From assembly GCA_025455775.1 (NCBI GenBank), contig JALOLT010000001.1:4444-68443 (forward strand): a stretch of DNA of 64,000 nt, given 5' to 3'. Position numbers and translations under genes: made by a program. This document shows, one piece after another, positions 1 through 8,070 of this stretch; the stretch's first letter is position 1, and each line of letters begins with the position of its first letter. Source of the DNA: Fimbriimonadaceae bacterium. Its GTDB lineage: Bacteria > Armatimonadota > Fimbriimonadia > Fimbriimonadales > Fimbriimonadaceae. The notes under the pieces were generated by a model, which did not search any database, was not told the origin of the DNA, and saw only the letters and a program-made list of their open reading frames with translations.

Positions 1-708
1 GGAGACCATTTCTCCCAAAGAACGACAAGGAGGGGAGCCAGGGCCAAGGCGGGAAGAAAGAGTTCGACCGGTAGCTTTTTGATGTCGGCAAGCCCGAGCC
101 CGATGGCTACCATCATGACTCCTCCCACCGCTGAGGCCTCGGCAAGGAGGCTCGGCTTTTTGGCGAGGGGACTGAGGGGCTTGGCAGCCAGGGTGAGGAG
201 CCCCTGAAAAATCAAAACGACGAGGGCAGAAACCAGAACGCCGCTCCCCAGGGTCGCGGCGAGAAAGAATGAAGCTATCCCGTCGAGCAATGACTTGAGA
301 GAGAGAAGCTCGATCTTGTTTTCGATCCCGTCTTGGATGCAGCCAAGCAACGTCATGGGCCCGATGCAATAAAGAACAGCTGCAGTAATGAGTCCTTCGG
401 TAAATCGTCCTCCCCCAGAGAACAACGTCCTTGCACCTTCTGCCAGCCCGGTCACTCCTTGATCAATCGTCAAGATGGATCCGAGTACGATTCCGATGGC
501 GATGCTGGCGACGACAACCAGGATGTTTTTTGTCTGTAGGAACATCTTGATTCCCAGGCAGAGAGTTACGAGTCCCATGGCGTGGATCACGATCTCTTGG
601 AGGTTTTCTGGGAGAGCCGTGCCGATCGCCATCCCCAGGAGCGAGCCCACAATGATCGTGGTGGTGTTGAGGAGGGTGCCGCGAAGGGGAAGTTTCGACC
701 AGTTCATG
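1..708 (-). CDS. DUF554-family multi-pass membrane protein (YqgA/YdfK-like); C-terminus cut by window edge
   Basis: Not in the ORF track because it is open at the window edge. Hand translation of the minus strand from ATG (708-706) runs uninterrupted to position 1: MNWSKLPLRGTLLNTTTIIVGSLLGMAIGTALPENLQEIVIHAMGLVTLCLGIKMF...LKSLLDGIASFFLAATLGSGV...SAVGGVMMVAIGLGLADIKKLPVELFLPALALAP. The helix pattern and these motifs match DUF554 (E. coli YqgA) as I remember it. Confidence 0.7.
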
Positions 709-743
709 GGTGGGCGGCACCTGGAGATTTCGGAGGGTGAATT

Positions 744-829
744 TGGTGCCGGGAGTGGGACTCGAACCCACACTGGTTTTATCCAAACGGTGTTTGAGAC
801 CGCCGCGTCTACCATTCCGCCATCCCGGC
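744..829 (-). tRNA. tRNA-Leu (anticodon CAA), type II with long variable arm, CCA encoded
   Basis: Reverse complement reads GCCGGGA-TG-GCGG-AATGGTAGA-CGC-G-GCGGT-CTCAAAC-ACCGT-TTGGATAAAACCAGT-GTGGG-TTCGAGT-CCCAC-TCCCGGC-ACCA. This gives a 7-bp acceptor stem, T-loop TTCGAGT, anticodon loop CT-CAA-AC and a 15-nt variable arm. Confidence 0.93.
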
Positions 830-932
830 TTGGATTGAAGAGGATACCTGAGGGATTTGGAGTGGTGCACCGCAGACTTAGTGAGTGCTGACTTTTGGGA
901 GCGCCTATGTAATTGCCGTCTGGGAAAGTATG

Positions 933-1006
933 TCGCCGCGCCGGCCCAAAGCCACGCCCTCCTCGGTTCTCGCTGCGCTCAAACCTCGTCTGCCCCGTCG
1001 CGGCGA
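933..1006 (+). repeat. GC-rich hairpin repeat, GCCACGCCC family (copy F)
   Basis: Arms tcgccgcg (933-940) and cgcggcga (999-1006) are perfect complements. The inner module is ccggcccaaaGCCACGCCCtc. It lies 10 nt past the stop of the 1017..1319 ORF. Confidence 0.7.
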
Positions 1007-1016
1007 AGAGCGGACG

Positions 1017-1319
1017 TCAGTCCGCTCCTTCTCCACCAGAAACCTCGGAGACACGCTCGAGATCCTTGGAGTACACGAACTCCATGAACCTCCACATGAA
1101 CTCACCCCAAAGGAATCCGCCTGGCAGGAAAATCAAGAGAAACCACCAAGTCGCCGGCGAAACAAACTTCATAATGCTGCCAACCAAAAACATTAACCCC
1201 CCGGTGCCAAGCCCCCACCCCAAGACGCCGTACACGAAGACGAAGTACCACCTTCCCCTTTGGCGAATTTTCTCCCACTTTTCAAATCTCGTTTTTTGAA
1301 CCACGGATCGCTCCACCAA
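1017..1319 (-). CDS. small two-helix membrane protein, unknown function
   Basis: 100-aa ORF with a TTG start as placed by the track. Two hydrophobic segments: WYFVFVYGVLGWGLGTGGLMFLVGSI and WWFLLIFLPGGFLWGEF. No family recognised. Confidence 0.45.
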   Translation of the reverse strand: MVERSVVQKTRFEKWEKIRQRGRWYFVFVYGVLGWGLGTGGLMFLVGSIMKFVSPATWWFLLIFLPGGFLWGEFMWRFMEFVYSKDLERVSEVSGGEGAD

Positions 1320-1526
1320 CCCTTATGATACTCTCGGGGCCGAGTCTGAGGGAACTAAGTTCAAAGTGAGCCATTTTTTCCCAAAGGTCGGGACGGAGAG
1401 CCATCTCAACAGGGTGGTTTTGGTGACATGGCCTTCGGGAGTGCTTTACACCAGGTTGGCTTGACAAGCCGATCCGATGAGGCTCACTTCACCAAAACGT
1501 GAAAGGTCAAGAGTAGCTGATCAGCC

Positions 1527-2087
1527 TCAAAATGGAATAAGAGACTTGTCTACAATGCTCAGTTCTGGGCCGGCAGGGAGGGGAGTCCAAGAGATGACAG
1601 TATCAGCTAAGAGCCCAGCCACACCTGAAACGCTGTCCACTTTTGCGACTTCTTCGCCACTCGGGCTATAGCGAGTGCCATCTTCCTCTCTCGTGAGAGA
1701 CCCTTTTAGTCCGGCCGCTGCTGCTGCCTGGTTAAAGGTCGTCCCTCTTGCAAAGCGAAAAGTGACCGAAATGATCTTTACCTTCTTGCCATACTGAAGA
1801 TTATCGAAGGGTCTGGGATCTTTCCCCATTACCTCTAATGTGCGGACGGTTCCCGAGCGAAAGGCGAAGTTCTTAATAATAGTGCCCTCTTTCTCCTCTG
1901 CATCAGGTTTGCCTTTCCCAATTTTTGCCTCCACTTCCTCAATGGTCTTGCCAAAGATGGCATCCGCTTTGAGCGTCAACGTCCCGGGCTGCGTCGAACT
2001 TGAGGCTCTTTGTCGAGACTGAGCAGATAAGACAAGTGGTAAAGCAAGGAGAACAGTAAGGCCGATTCCAAAGGACAGTCGTCTCAT
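1527..2087 (-). CDS. secreted hypothetical protein
   Basis: 186-aa ORF with signal peptide MRRLSFGIGLTVLLALPLVLSAQS. No family recognised. Confidence 0.6.
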   Translation of the reverse strand: MRRLSFGIGLTVLLALPLVLSAQSRQRASSSTQPGTLTLKADAIFGKTIEEVEAKIGKGKPDAEEKEGTIIKNFAFRSGTVRTLEVMGKDPRPFDNLQYGKKVKIISVTFRFARGTTFNQAAAAAGLKGSLTREEDGTRYSPSGEEVAKVDSVSGVAGLLADTVISWTPLPAGPELSIVDKSLIPF

Positions 2088-2120
2088 TTTTCAAAGTGTG
2101 ATTGGTACGGTAAATTAGTT

Positions 2121-3518
2121 CTAGGACTTCTGGCTGAAACGGTTTTTGAACCACTGAACAACCGTTTCCTTCAACCTCTCGTCAACCCATGGCGAACCTC
2201 TTAAGTTACAGTTTGAAAGAATGACTAAGCAATACTTGCGTTGATGTGAGTCTCCAAGATTGGCCGGCCCAAAATAGGCCCCAGCATGCTGCAACATCCC
2301 CCCGTGGGCAATCTGGGGCACCCCCCGAAAGAGTTCCACCCCAAAGCCTTTGCTGTAGAAATGAAGGTTATTAGGAAAGGTGTTTGACTGATGAGCTGCG
2401 TAAGGAGGAGGGGTCAAGATTTCTGACATTGATTGACGGGATAAAATCGTCCTACTCGAGTATAGGTTTGAAACGAATTTAGTTAAACCCACGAGAGAAC
2501 ATGAGATAGCGCCATAAGGGGCGGCGATCTCCGTATCGAATCCGCCAAATGACTCCGAAACCCTTTTACCACGTTCAAAGATCGAGTCATGCTTCACATT
2601 GTTTTGCTGGTAATGGGCTGCCTCGTTTGCTCCCCGACCGGGACTATTGTGGTCTCTTTGAACCAACGAGATGTGAACTTCTGCCGGAGTAATCCCCATC
2701 GGAGACAATACAAGCTCTTGAAGAACTGATCCGTAAGGCTTTCCGGTTTTGATCTTTATAATCTCACCCAAAACTAGGAAGTTGAGATTTGCATACTCAT
2801 GTTGCTCACCAGGGTCAAATACCAGCTTCTCACGGCCAAGCGCACATCTTATTACATCGGCTGACGTTGGATGTTCCACTTTTCCAACCCAATCCGAGAC
2901 GAACCAGTTTGCCAAGTACACGGAGGCACGTCGAAAGCCAGCCGTATGATCTAAAAGGTGTCGCACTGTGATTTGAGATAATCGATCATCGGCACTCGAA
3001 CCATGTCGTGTCCTTGGCTCAATCCCGCCAGCCTTAAGACTTGGAAGGCTTGGTTCGTCTAAGCGAAGAATCCCTCGTTCGGATAACTCCAGGATGACGC
3101 AGCCAGTAAACGATTTTGAAATCGACCCAGATCGGATCGTAGTGTTAACGGTCATTCGTTTTCGTGAGGCAAGGTCCTGGAAGCCAAACGCACCCTGAAA
3201 AACAAGGCGACCTGTATCAGTATCGACTATCCCTACAGAACAACCAACGATCCCTGCTTCCCTCATGGTGAGAACGATTGCATCTGCCAGGCTTCTTAAC
3301 TCAGGAAGACTTTGTAAGGAGGCAGGTATCTCCTCGTCACCCCAAGTAAAATCAGTGAGAAAACCGGGAAGGGATTCCGTATATTTGATTCCATCAGCCG
3401 TTTCTACTGACGCTTGACCTGCAGCCGATATATTCCCCCCGAGGCTCGGGTGAAATGATGGATGATAGCCTCGAAAAGGAGAAAGAAGCATGAGTGCAAC
3501 CATCGATCCACATATCAT
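2121..3518 (-). CDS. serine hydrolase, beta-lactamase / DD-peptidase family
   Basis: 465-aa ORF. S-x-x-K (SISK) followed by Y-x-N (YANLN) in the expected order. AAGGAG Shine-Dalgarno a few nt upstream of the ATG at 3518. Confidence 0.8.
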   Translation of the reverse strand: MICGSMVALMLLSPFRGYHPSFHPSLGGNISAAGQASVETADGIKYTESLPGFLTDFTWGDEEIPASLQSLPELRSLADAIVLTMREAGIVGCSVGIVDTDTGRLVFQGAFGFQDLASRKRMTVNTTIRSGSISKSFTGCVILELSERGILRLDEPSLPSLKAGGIEPRTRHGSSADDRLSQITVRHLLDHTAGFRRASVYLANWFVSDWVGKVEHPTSADVIRCALGREKLVFDPGEQHEYANLNFLVLGEIIKIKTGKPYGSVLQELVLSPMGITPAEVHISLVQRDHNSPGRGANEAAHYQQNNVKHDSIFERGKRVSESFGGFDTEIAAPYGAISCSLVGLTKFVSNLYSSRTILSRQSMSEILTPPPYAAHQSNTFPNNLHFYSKGFGVELFRGVPQIAHGGMLQHAGAYFGPANLGDSHQRKYCLVILSNCNLRGSPWVDERLKETVVQWFKNRFSQKS

Positions 3519-3841
3519 GACTCCTTGAGACTACCTTGTTACGGAACAAACCCGCAAGTTTGCACCAAAACGCGTAAGGCGTGGCCCCCAAAACAGTTAA
3601 GTCAGGCAAGACCGAGTCATTTCACTTGATGACTATTGTTCTAAGCTGACTAGACGATATTTAACCGCGGATCAACGTGCTTAGTGGCATATCTTGCACA
3701 CATCTTACAGCCGATAGGCTGCTTACCCCCTGCATCCTGCCACAGAAGACCATCCAGGCCAGCCACGTCGCAAGACATCCTCTCATGGCAAAAATGACAA
3801 TGTCGAGAAACCACCTCCCGACTCTTGCCATAATCCACCCT

Positions 3842-4384
3842 ATGGGCTATGTCCTCTTGGATTCAGAAGCGATGCGCCGGACTCTTGGCAGAATGGCTCA
3901 CGAAGTTCTCGATGCGAATCGGGGAGCCGAGCATCTGGTCGTCGTAGGAGTCATGAGGCGGGGCTACCCTGTCGCCAAGAGGCTCGCTTTCCTGATGACT
4001 CAAAGCGAGGGGATCACGGTTCCCTGCGGCAAACTCGATGCCAGAGCCAGCCGAGATGATAAGCCTGAAGTCACGAGCGACCAGAGCGAAATCCCTTTCC
4101 AAATCACAGGCAAACGGGTGATCGTGGTTGATGAAGTCATCTTCACGGGAAGAACGATTCGAGCCTCGTTGGACGCTCTCCTGCGATTCGGCCGACCAGA
4201 AAGTGTTCAACTGGCAGTTCTCATCGATCGGGGACACCGCGAACTTCCCATCCAGCCAGACTATGTCGGGAGAGTCATAACCACCGAGAAATCCGATCGA
4301 ATTGAAGTCAAGGTCAAAGAATTTGATGGCGAAGACTCAGTTCTCCTCATTTCGGGTGACCCAAGCGAGGCGGCCAGACCATGA
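3842..4384 (+). CDS. pyrR: bifunctional pyr operon regulator / uracil phosphoribosyltransferase PyrR
   Basis: 181 aa from ATG 3842. The track ORF starts at 3677, but its first 55 aa have no PyrR counterpart. PRTase motif VIVVDEVIFTGRT. The stop overlaps the pyrB start (ATGA at 4381-4384). Confidence 0.85.
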   Translation: MGYVLLDSEAMRRTLGRMAHEVLDANRGAEHLVVVGVMRRGYPVAKRLAFLMTQSEGITVPCGKLDARASRDDKPEVTSDQSEIPFQITGKRVIVVDEVIFTGRTIRASLDALLRFGRPESVQLAVLIDRGHRELPIQPDYVGRVITTEKSDRIEVKVKEFDGEDSVLLISGDPSEAARP

Positions 4385-5310
4385 ACGGAAAAAACGTCCT
4401 CGCAATCAGAACCTTGGATAAGGGGGTCATCCAGCAACTCGTTGATATAGCTGGCGATCTCAAGAGGGAAGTTCTCACGAATGGTTGGGCACCTAGAGCC
4501 AGAAGAAGAACGATCGGACTCCTCTTTTTTGAGAACTCGACTCGGACAAGAGTCAGCTTCGAGCAAGCAGCGAATTACTTGGGCTACACGACTGTGAACT
4601 TTAGCGGGTCTGGAAGTTCACTCAGCAAAGGAGAGACTCTCAAAGACACGATCCTCACTTTGAAGCATGAAAGGCTCGAAGCCTTGGTCATTCGCCACAG
4701 CTCCAGCGGGGCAGCGAACCTCGCGGCTGAATACTTCGGAGGCCCAGTCATCAACGCGGGAGATGGCCTTCATGAACACCCCACCCAAGCTCTGGGTGAT
4801 GCCTTAACGATATTGGAGCGAAAAGGAACCTTAACCGGGCTAAAAATCGCCATCGTGGGGGACGTGAATCACAGCCGGGTCGCGCGGAGCAACGCTTGGC
4901 TCCTGAGCAAATTGGGGAACGAAGTCCGCTTCATCGGCCCTAGAACTCTCGTTCCTACCCACAGCTCGTTTCTGCCAGCCTCGACTCACCTCGACCTTCG
5001 CTCTGGCCTGGCTGGGGCAGATGTTGTAATGTGCCTCCGGCTTCAGCGAGAACGGATGGAAGACGGGATGCTCAGCTCTGTCGGAGAGTACACAAGGCTT
5101 TACCAGGTGAATCGAACCACCATCAGAGCAGCTGCCAGCGAGGCGATCGTGATGCACCCTGGCCCCCTTAACCGAGGGGTTGAAATTGATGACTTCACCG
5201 CAGATGGTCCGCAAAGTGCCATCTTGGACCAGGTCACAAACGGAATCTTTGTGAGGATGGCAGCCATGCAGTGGATTTTCGAATCGGATCAGGTTGAGGT
5301 ATTAGCATGA
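4381..5310 (+). CDS. pyrB: aspartate carbamoyltransferase catalytic subunit
   Basis: 309 aa with the ENSTRTR and HPTQ signature motifs. ATGA overlaps with the genes on both sides. Confidence 0.93.
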   Translation: MNGKNVLAIRTLDKGVIQQLVDIAGDLKREVLTNGWAPRARRRTIGLLFFENSTRTRVSFEQAANYLGYTTVNFSGSGSSLSKGETLKDTILTLKHERLEALVIRHSSSGAANLAAEYFGGPVINAGDGLHEHPTQALGDALTILERKGTLTGLKIAIVGDVNHSRVARSNAWLLSKLGNEVRFIGPRTLVPTHSSFLPASTHLDLRSGLAGADVVMCLRLQRERMEDGMLSSVGEYTRLYQVNRTTIRAAASEAIVMHPGPLNRGVEIDDFTADGPQSAILDQVTNGIFVRMAAMQWIFESDQVEVLA

Positions 5311-6632
5311 AAACATTGTTCAAAGGGGGACGAATCCTCGACCCAAGCCAAGAACTCGATATCTTTGGATCAGTGATGGTCGAAGATGGTCAGGTTGTAG
5401 AGATCGGGCCGGAAGTCGATGAACGAGGCCTGGATGAGATCTACAGTTGCAATGGCCTCTGGATTACCCCCGGGCTGGTGGATATGCACGTCCACCTCAG
5501 GGAGCCTGGCCAGGAAAAACGCGAGACAATCAAAACGGGAACACAGGCAGCAGCGGCAGGTGGCTTTACCAATATCTGTTGCATGCCCAATACCACCCCG
5601 CCCTTGGATAACTCGGCGCTGATCGACTTCATCTTAGATAAAGCAGCCTCGCCAGATGCAGGAGGTATTTTTGTCTCACCAGTCGGAGCCCTCACCCACA
5701 AAAACCAAGGCCAAACGGTGGCGGATCTCTCTTCGCTCAAACGAGCGGGAATCGTCGCTGCGAGTGACGACGGCAACCCGACTCAGAACTCCCTGGTGAT
5801 GGCCAGAGCGATGGAGTTTTGTCACCAGCTTGATCTTCCCGTCTTGGTTCACTGCGAGGATACTGCCCTGAGTGCTGGAACGAGCATGAACGACGGAGCA
5901 ACTGCCGCGATGCTCGGGCTGAAAGGGATGCCACGCAGCGCTGAAGAGATCATGGTAATGAGAAATTGCGTTCTCGCCATGAACACTGGCTGTGACATCC
6001 ACATTTTGCGCGTCAGCACGTGGGGCGGGGTCGAGATGGTGCGACAATTCAAACACCTTGGGGCTCCCGTGACCTGCGAGGTGTGTCCCCATCACTTCTT
6101 CTTCACCGATGAAGCAGTGGGAGAGTTTGATCCGAATTTCAAAACCACCCCGCCCCTCCGGACCGAGGTGGATATCGACATTATCCTCCAAGCCCTGCAA
6201 GATGGGACGATCGACTGTATCGCCAGCGACCACTCCCCCTATGCCCCCTTTGAGGTCGAGGTTCCGTTTGACCAAGCCCCCTTTGGCATGGCTGGATTGG
6301 AAAGTGCCGTCGCTGCCACCTTGACCGCTCTGACCGATAAAGGGATCCTTTCGCCTCTCGAAACGGTCAGAAAACTGAGTACAAGACCAGCAGAGATTCT
6401 GCGCCTCGACGCAGGCACCCTCAAGCCAGGAGGCACCCCCGTCGCTCAAGTCACCTTGATCGATCCCCATGTCGAATGGACATACGATGTGCAAAGAACA
6501 TTTTCGAAAGGGAAGAATTCGCCCTTCCATGGGATCAATTTCCAAGGAAAAGCCGTTCTCACATACTGTGGGAACGAAGTCTATCGAGATCCCCGCTTTA
6601 GCAATGAACGCTTTGAAACCCCTTCTTTCTAG
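5307..6632 (+). CDS. pyrC: dihydroorotase
   Basis: 441 aa. DMHVHLREPG (HxH metal site) and ASDHSP motifs. Third gene of the pyrR-pyrB-pyrC unit. Confidence 0.9.
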   Translation: MKTLFKGGRILDPSQELDIFGSVMVEDGQVVEIGPEVDERGLDEIYSCNGLWITPGLVDMHVHLREPGQEKRETIKTGTQAAAAGGFTNICCMPNTTPPLDNSALIDFILDKAASPDAGGIFVSPVGALTHKNQGQTVADLSSLKRAGIVAASDDGNPTQNSLVMARAMEFCHQLDLPVLVHCEDTALSAGTSMNDGATAAMLGLKGMPRSAEEIMVMRNCVLAMNTGCDIHILRVSTWGGVEMVRQFKHLGAPVTCEVCPHHFFFTDEAVGEFDPNFKTTPPLRTEVDIDIILQALQDGTIDCIASDHSPYAPFEVEVPFDQAPFGMAGLESAVAATLTALTDKGILSPLETVRKLSTRPAEILRLDAGTLKPGGTPVAQVTLIDPHVEWTYDVQRTFSKGKNSPFHGINFQGKAVLTYCGNEVYRDPRFSNERFETPSF

Positions 6633-7380
6633 GGCCTTGTTGGTCCTGACCTGTCTCGGCTCCCTGGCTCTGATCGGGTGTCGAAGCGACTTCCCTGACC
6701 CCAATGCAAAGGGGCCAGCGATGGATGTCTCGACGGCCCAAAGAAACATTCAGCAGGCCTATGTTGCCTTGGAAGAGCGTCTGAACCGTGGCCAGATCAC
6801 ACCAGAGCAGCGAGATGAATTCATCGTGAACTACGCGAAGAGTTTCACGGAACACCTCAATTTTGCCAACGTTTCTCCCACCAAAGCTTGGCGCTATGCA
6901 GATGTGCTCAAAGTTGCCCGCGAGTGGGAAAAATCAGCGGAGCTCTATGAGATTGCTGTTAAGGCAGCCCCTAACCCAGATCGAAGGGTCAACGACTCCC
7001 TGCAACTGGCCAGGGTTTATGCGGAACTCGGTAAAATCGACCAGGCGATTAAAACAGTTGAGTCTGTGTTTGACGTCGGGGTCAAAGACAAAGCCCCGAT
7101 TCTCATGGCGACTCTCTATGAGATCATTCCTGCAGCCGAAGGGAAGGGAAAAGAGGTTCAGCTCGCTGAGCTTTTGGAGAAGACGATTGATCAACACGCC
7201 CAGACTGTGGTTGAACCAAACTTGCCCCAAGGCCAGCTTTTCTTAAGCGCCCGCCCGCGCCACATGAGAAGAGCCTGGGAAAAGGCGATCTCTCTCTACA
7301 GCAACGCCGGGCGACCAGATCTGGCCCGTCGCGCGATTCAAAGAATGGAAGTGAGCCTCGGAAAGTTTGCAACGACCTGA
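6604..7380 (+). CDS. lipoprotein with helical (TPR-like) repeats
   Basis: The ATG at 6604 gives MNALKPLLSRALLVLTCLGSLALIGC, a lipobox L-I-G-C. The track start at 6469 lies inside pyrC. The remainder is helical-repeat-like. Confidence 0.6.
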   Translation: MNALKPLLSRALLVLTCLGSLALIGCRSDFPDPNAKGPAMDVSTAQRNIQQAYVALEERLNRGQITPEQRDEFIVNYAKSFTEHLNFANVSPTKAWRYADVLKVAREWEKSAELYEIAVKAAPNPDRRVNDSLQLARVYAELGKIDQAIKTVESVFDVGVKDKAPILMATLYEIIPAAEGKGKEVQLAELLEKTIDQHAQTVVEPNLPQGQLFLSARPRHMRRAWEKAISLYSNAGRPDLARRAIQRMEVSLGKFATT

Positions 7381-7468
7381 AGGTTTTCTGTCGGTCCCAG
7401 CTTGCCAGGGGTGAAGACAGGGTATCTTTCTTGGGCCAAACCCCCGCTCCAGGCGGATCAGGTGAAAT

Positions 7469-7720
7469 ATGAGAGTTAGAAATAAGGAACTGCGCAACCG
7501 CCGCCGCCGAAAGGAAAAGAGAGTCAAGGAGTTGATCAAGGAAGCGATTGCCGAATCAAAAGCCGGAATCAAGAAGGCCCCTAAGCCAGCCCCTGCCAAG
7601 AAGGCTCCTGCCGTGAAGCCAGAAGCTGCTGAAAAGCCGAAGAAGGCCCCTGCCAAGAAGAAGAAAGAAGCAGAAGCTCCCGCAGTCGAGGCAACCCAAG
7701 AAGCTCCCGCTGGCGAATAG
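7469..7720 (+). CDS. small basic Lys/Ala/Pro-rich protein (histone H1-tail-like low complexity)
   Basis: 83 aa. AGGTGA Shine-Dalgarno upstream of the ATG. The N-terminus is Arg/Lys-rich, followed by AKKAPAKPAPAKKAPAVKPEAAEKPKKAPAKKKK. A hairpin plus T-run follows. Confidence 0.55.
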   Translation: MRVRNKELRNRRRRKEKRVKELIKEAIAESKAGIKKAPKPAPAKKAPAVKPEAAEKPKKAPAKKKKEAEAPAVEATQEAPAGE

Positions 7721-7792
7721 GTTTTGGCCCTTGGAATTTAGCAGAGCGGTTAGAATCGCTCCAGCTGTCCTTGCTCCGGCAGGAATCTTAGA

Positions 7793-7825
7793 CCCTCTCC
7801 TTAAGAAGCTGGAGAGAGGTTTTTT
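7793..7825 (+). terminator. putative intrinsic terminator
   Basis: ccctctcc (7793-7800) pairs with ggagagagg (7811-7819) with one bulge. TTTTTT (7820-7825) follows directly. Confidence 0.5.
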
Positions 7826-8070
7826 GGTCGGAATTTGCCACCCACCATCCCTCTCACCCGAATAAATACTGGAGGGAGGGGCCCTCTGACTTGCTCTTTA
7901 ATTGACGAACCGTGATGAACGTTTGAGGCCAAGAAAGTCCCTTCTCCTCTCCTGGTCAAAGGACTTAGGGTGAGGGGCCTGGCTCACAGGCCTACAGAAT
8001 CGTTCGGTGTTCTTCTGTACGACTCAGCTTCAAGACTCGCCAGAGGCCAAGTTTCCCTTACACTGAAACC

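Noticed and set aside
463-891. Track ORFs 463..870 (-) and 475..891 (+)
   Set aside because: They overlap the well-supported DUF554 CDS (another frame, 1..708) and run through the tRNA-Leu gene. Their Arg/Pro/His-rich composition is typical of off-frame GC-rich translation.
3677-3841. Long N-terminal extension of the pyrR ORF
   Set aside because: PyrR proteins are about 180 aa. The first 55 aa of the track ORF have no PyrR-like sequence, and an in-frame ATG at 3842 gives a normal-length protein.
3519-3841. PyrR-binding attenuator RNA upstream of pyrR
   Set aside because: I looked for the conserved UCCAGAGAGG-type binding loop and found only aucCAGgccag. There is no convincing terminator/antiterminator pair, so nothing is claimed. 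A covariance-model scan would settle it.
5676-6749. 357-aa minus-strand ORF antisense to pyrC
   Set aside because: It lies entirely opposite the motif-supported dihydroorotase gene. Long antisense ORFs are common in GC-rich coding DNA.
7741-7800. tRNA-like D-arm (gagcg-gttagaat-cgctc)
   Set aside because: No acceptor stem, anticodon arm or T-arm can be built around it.
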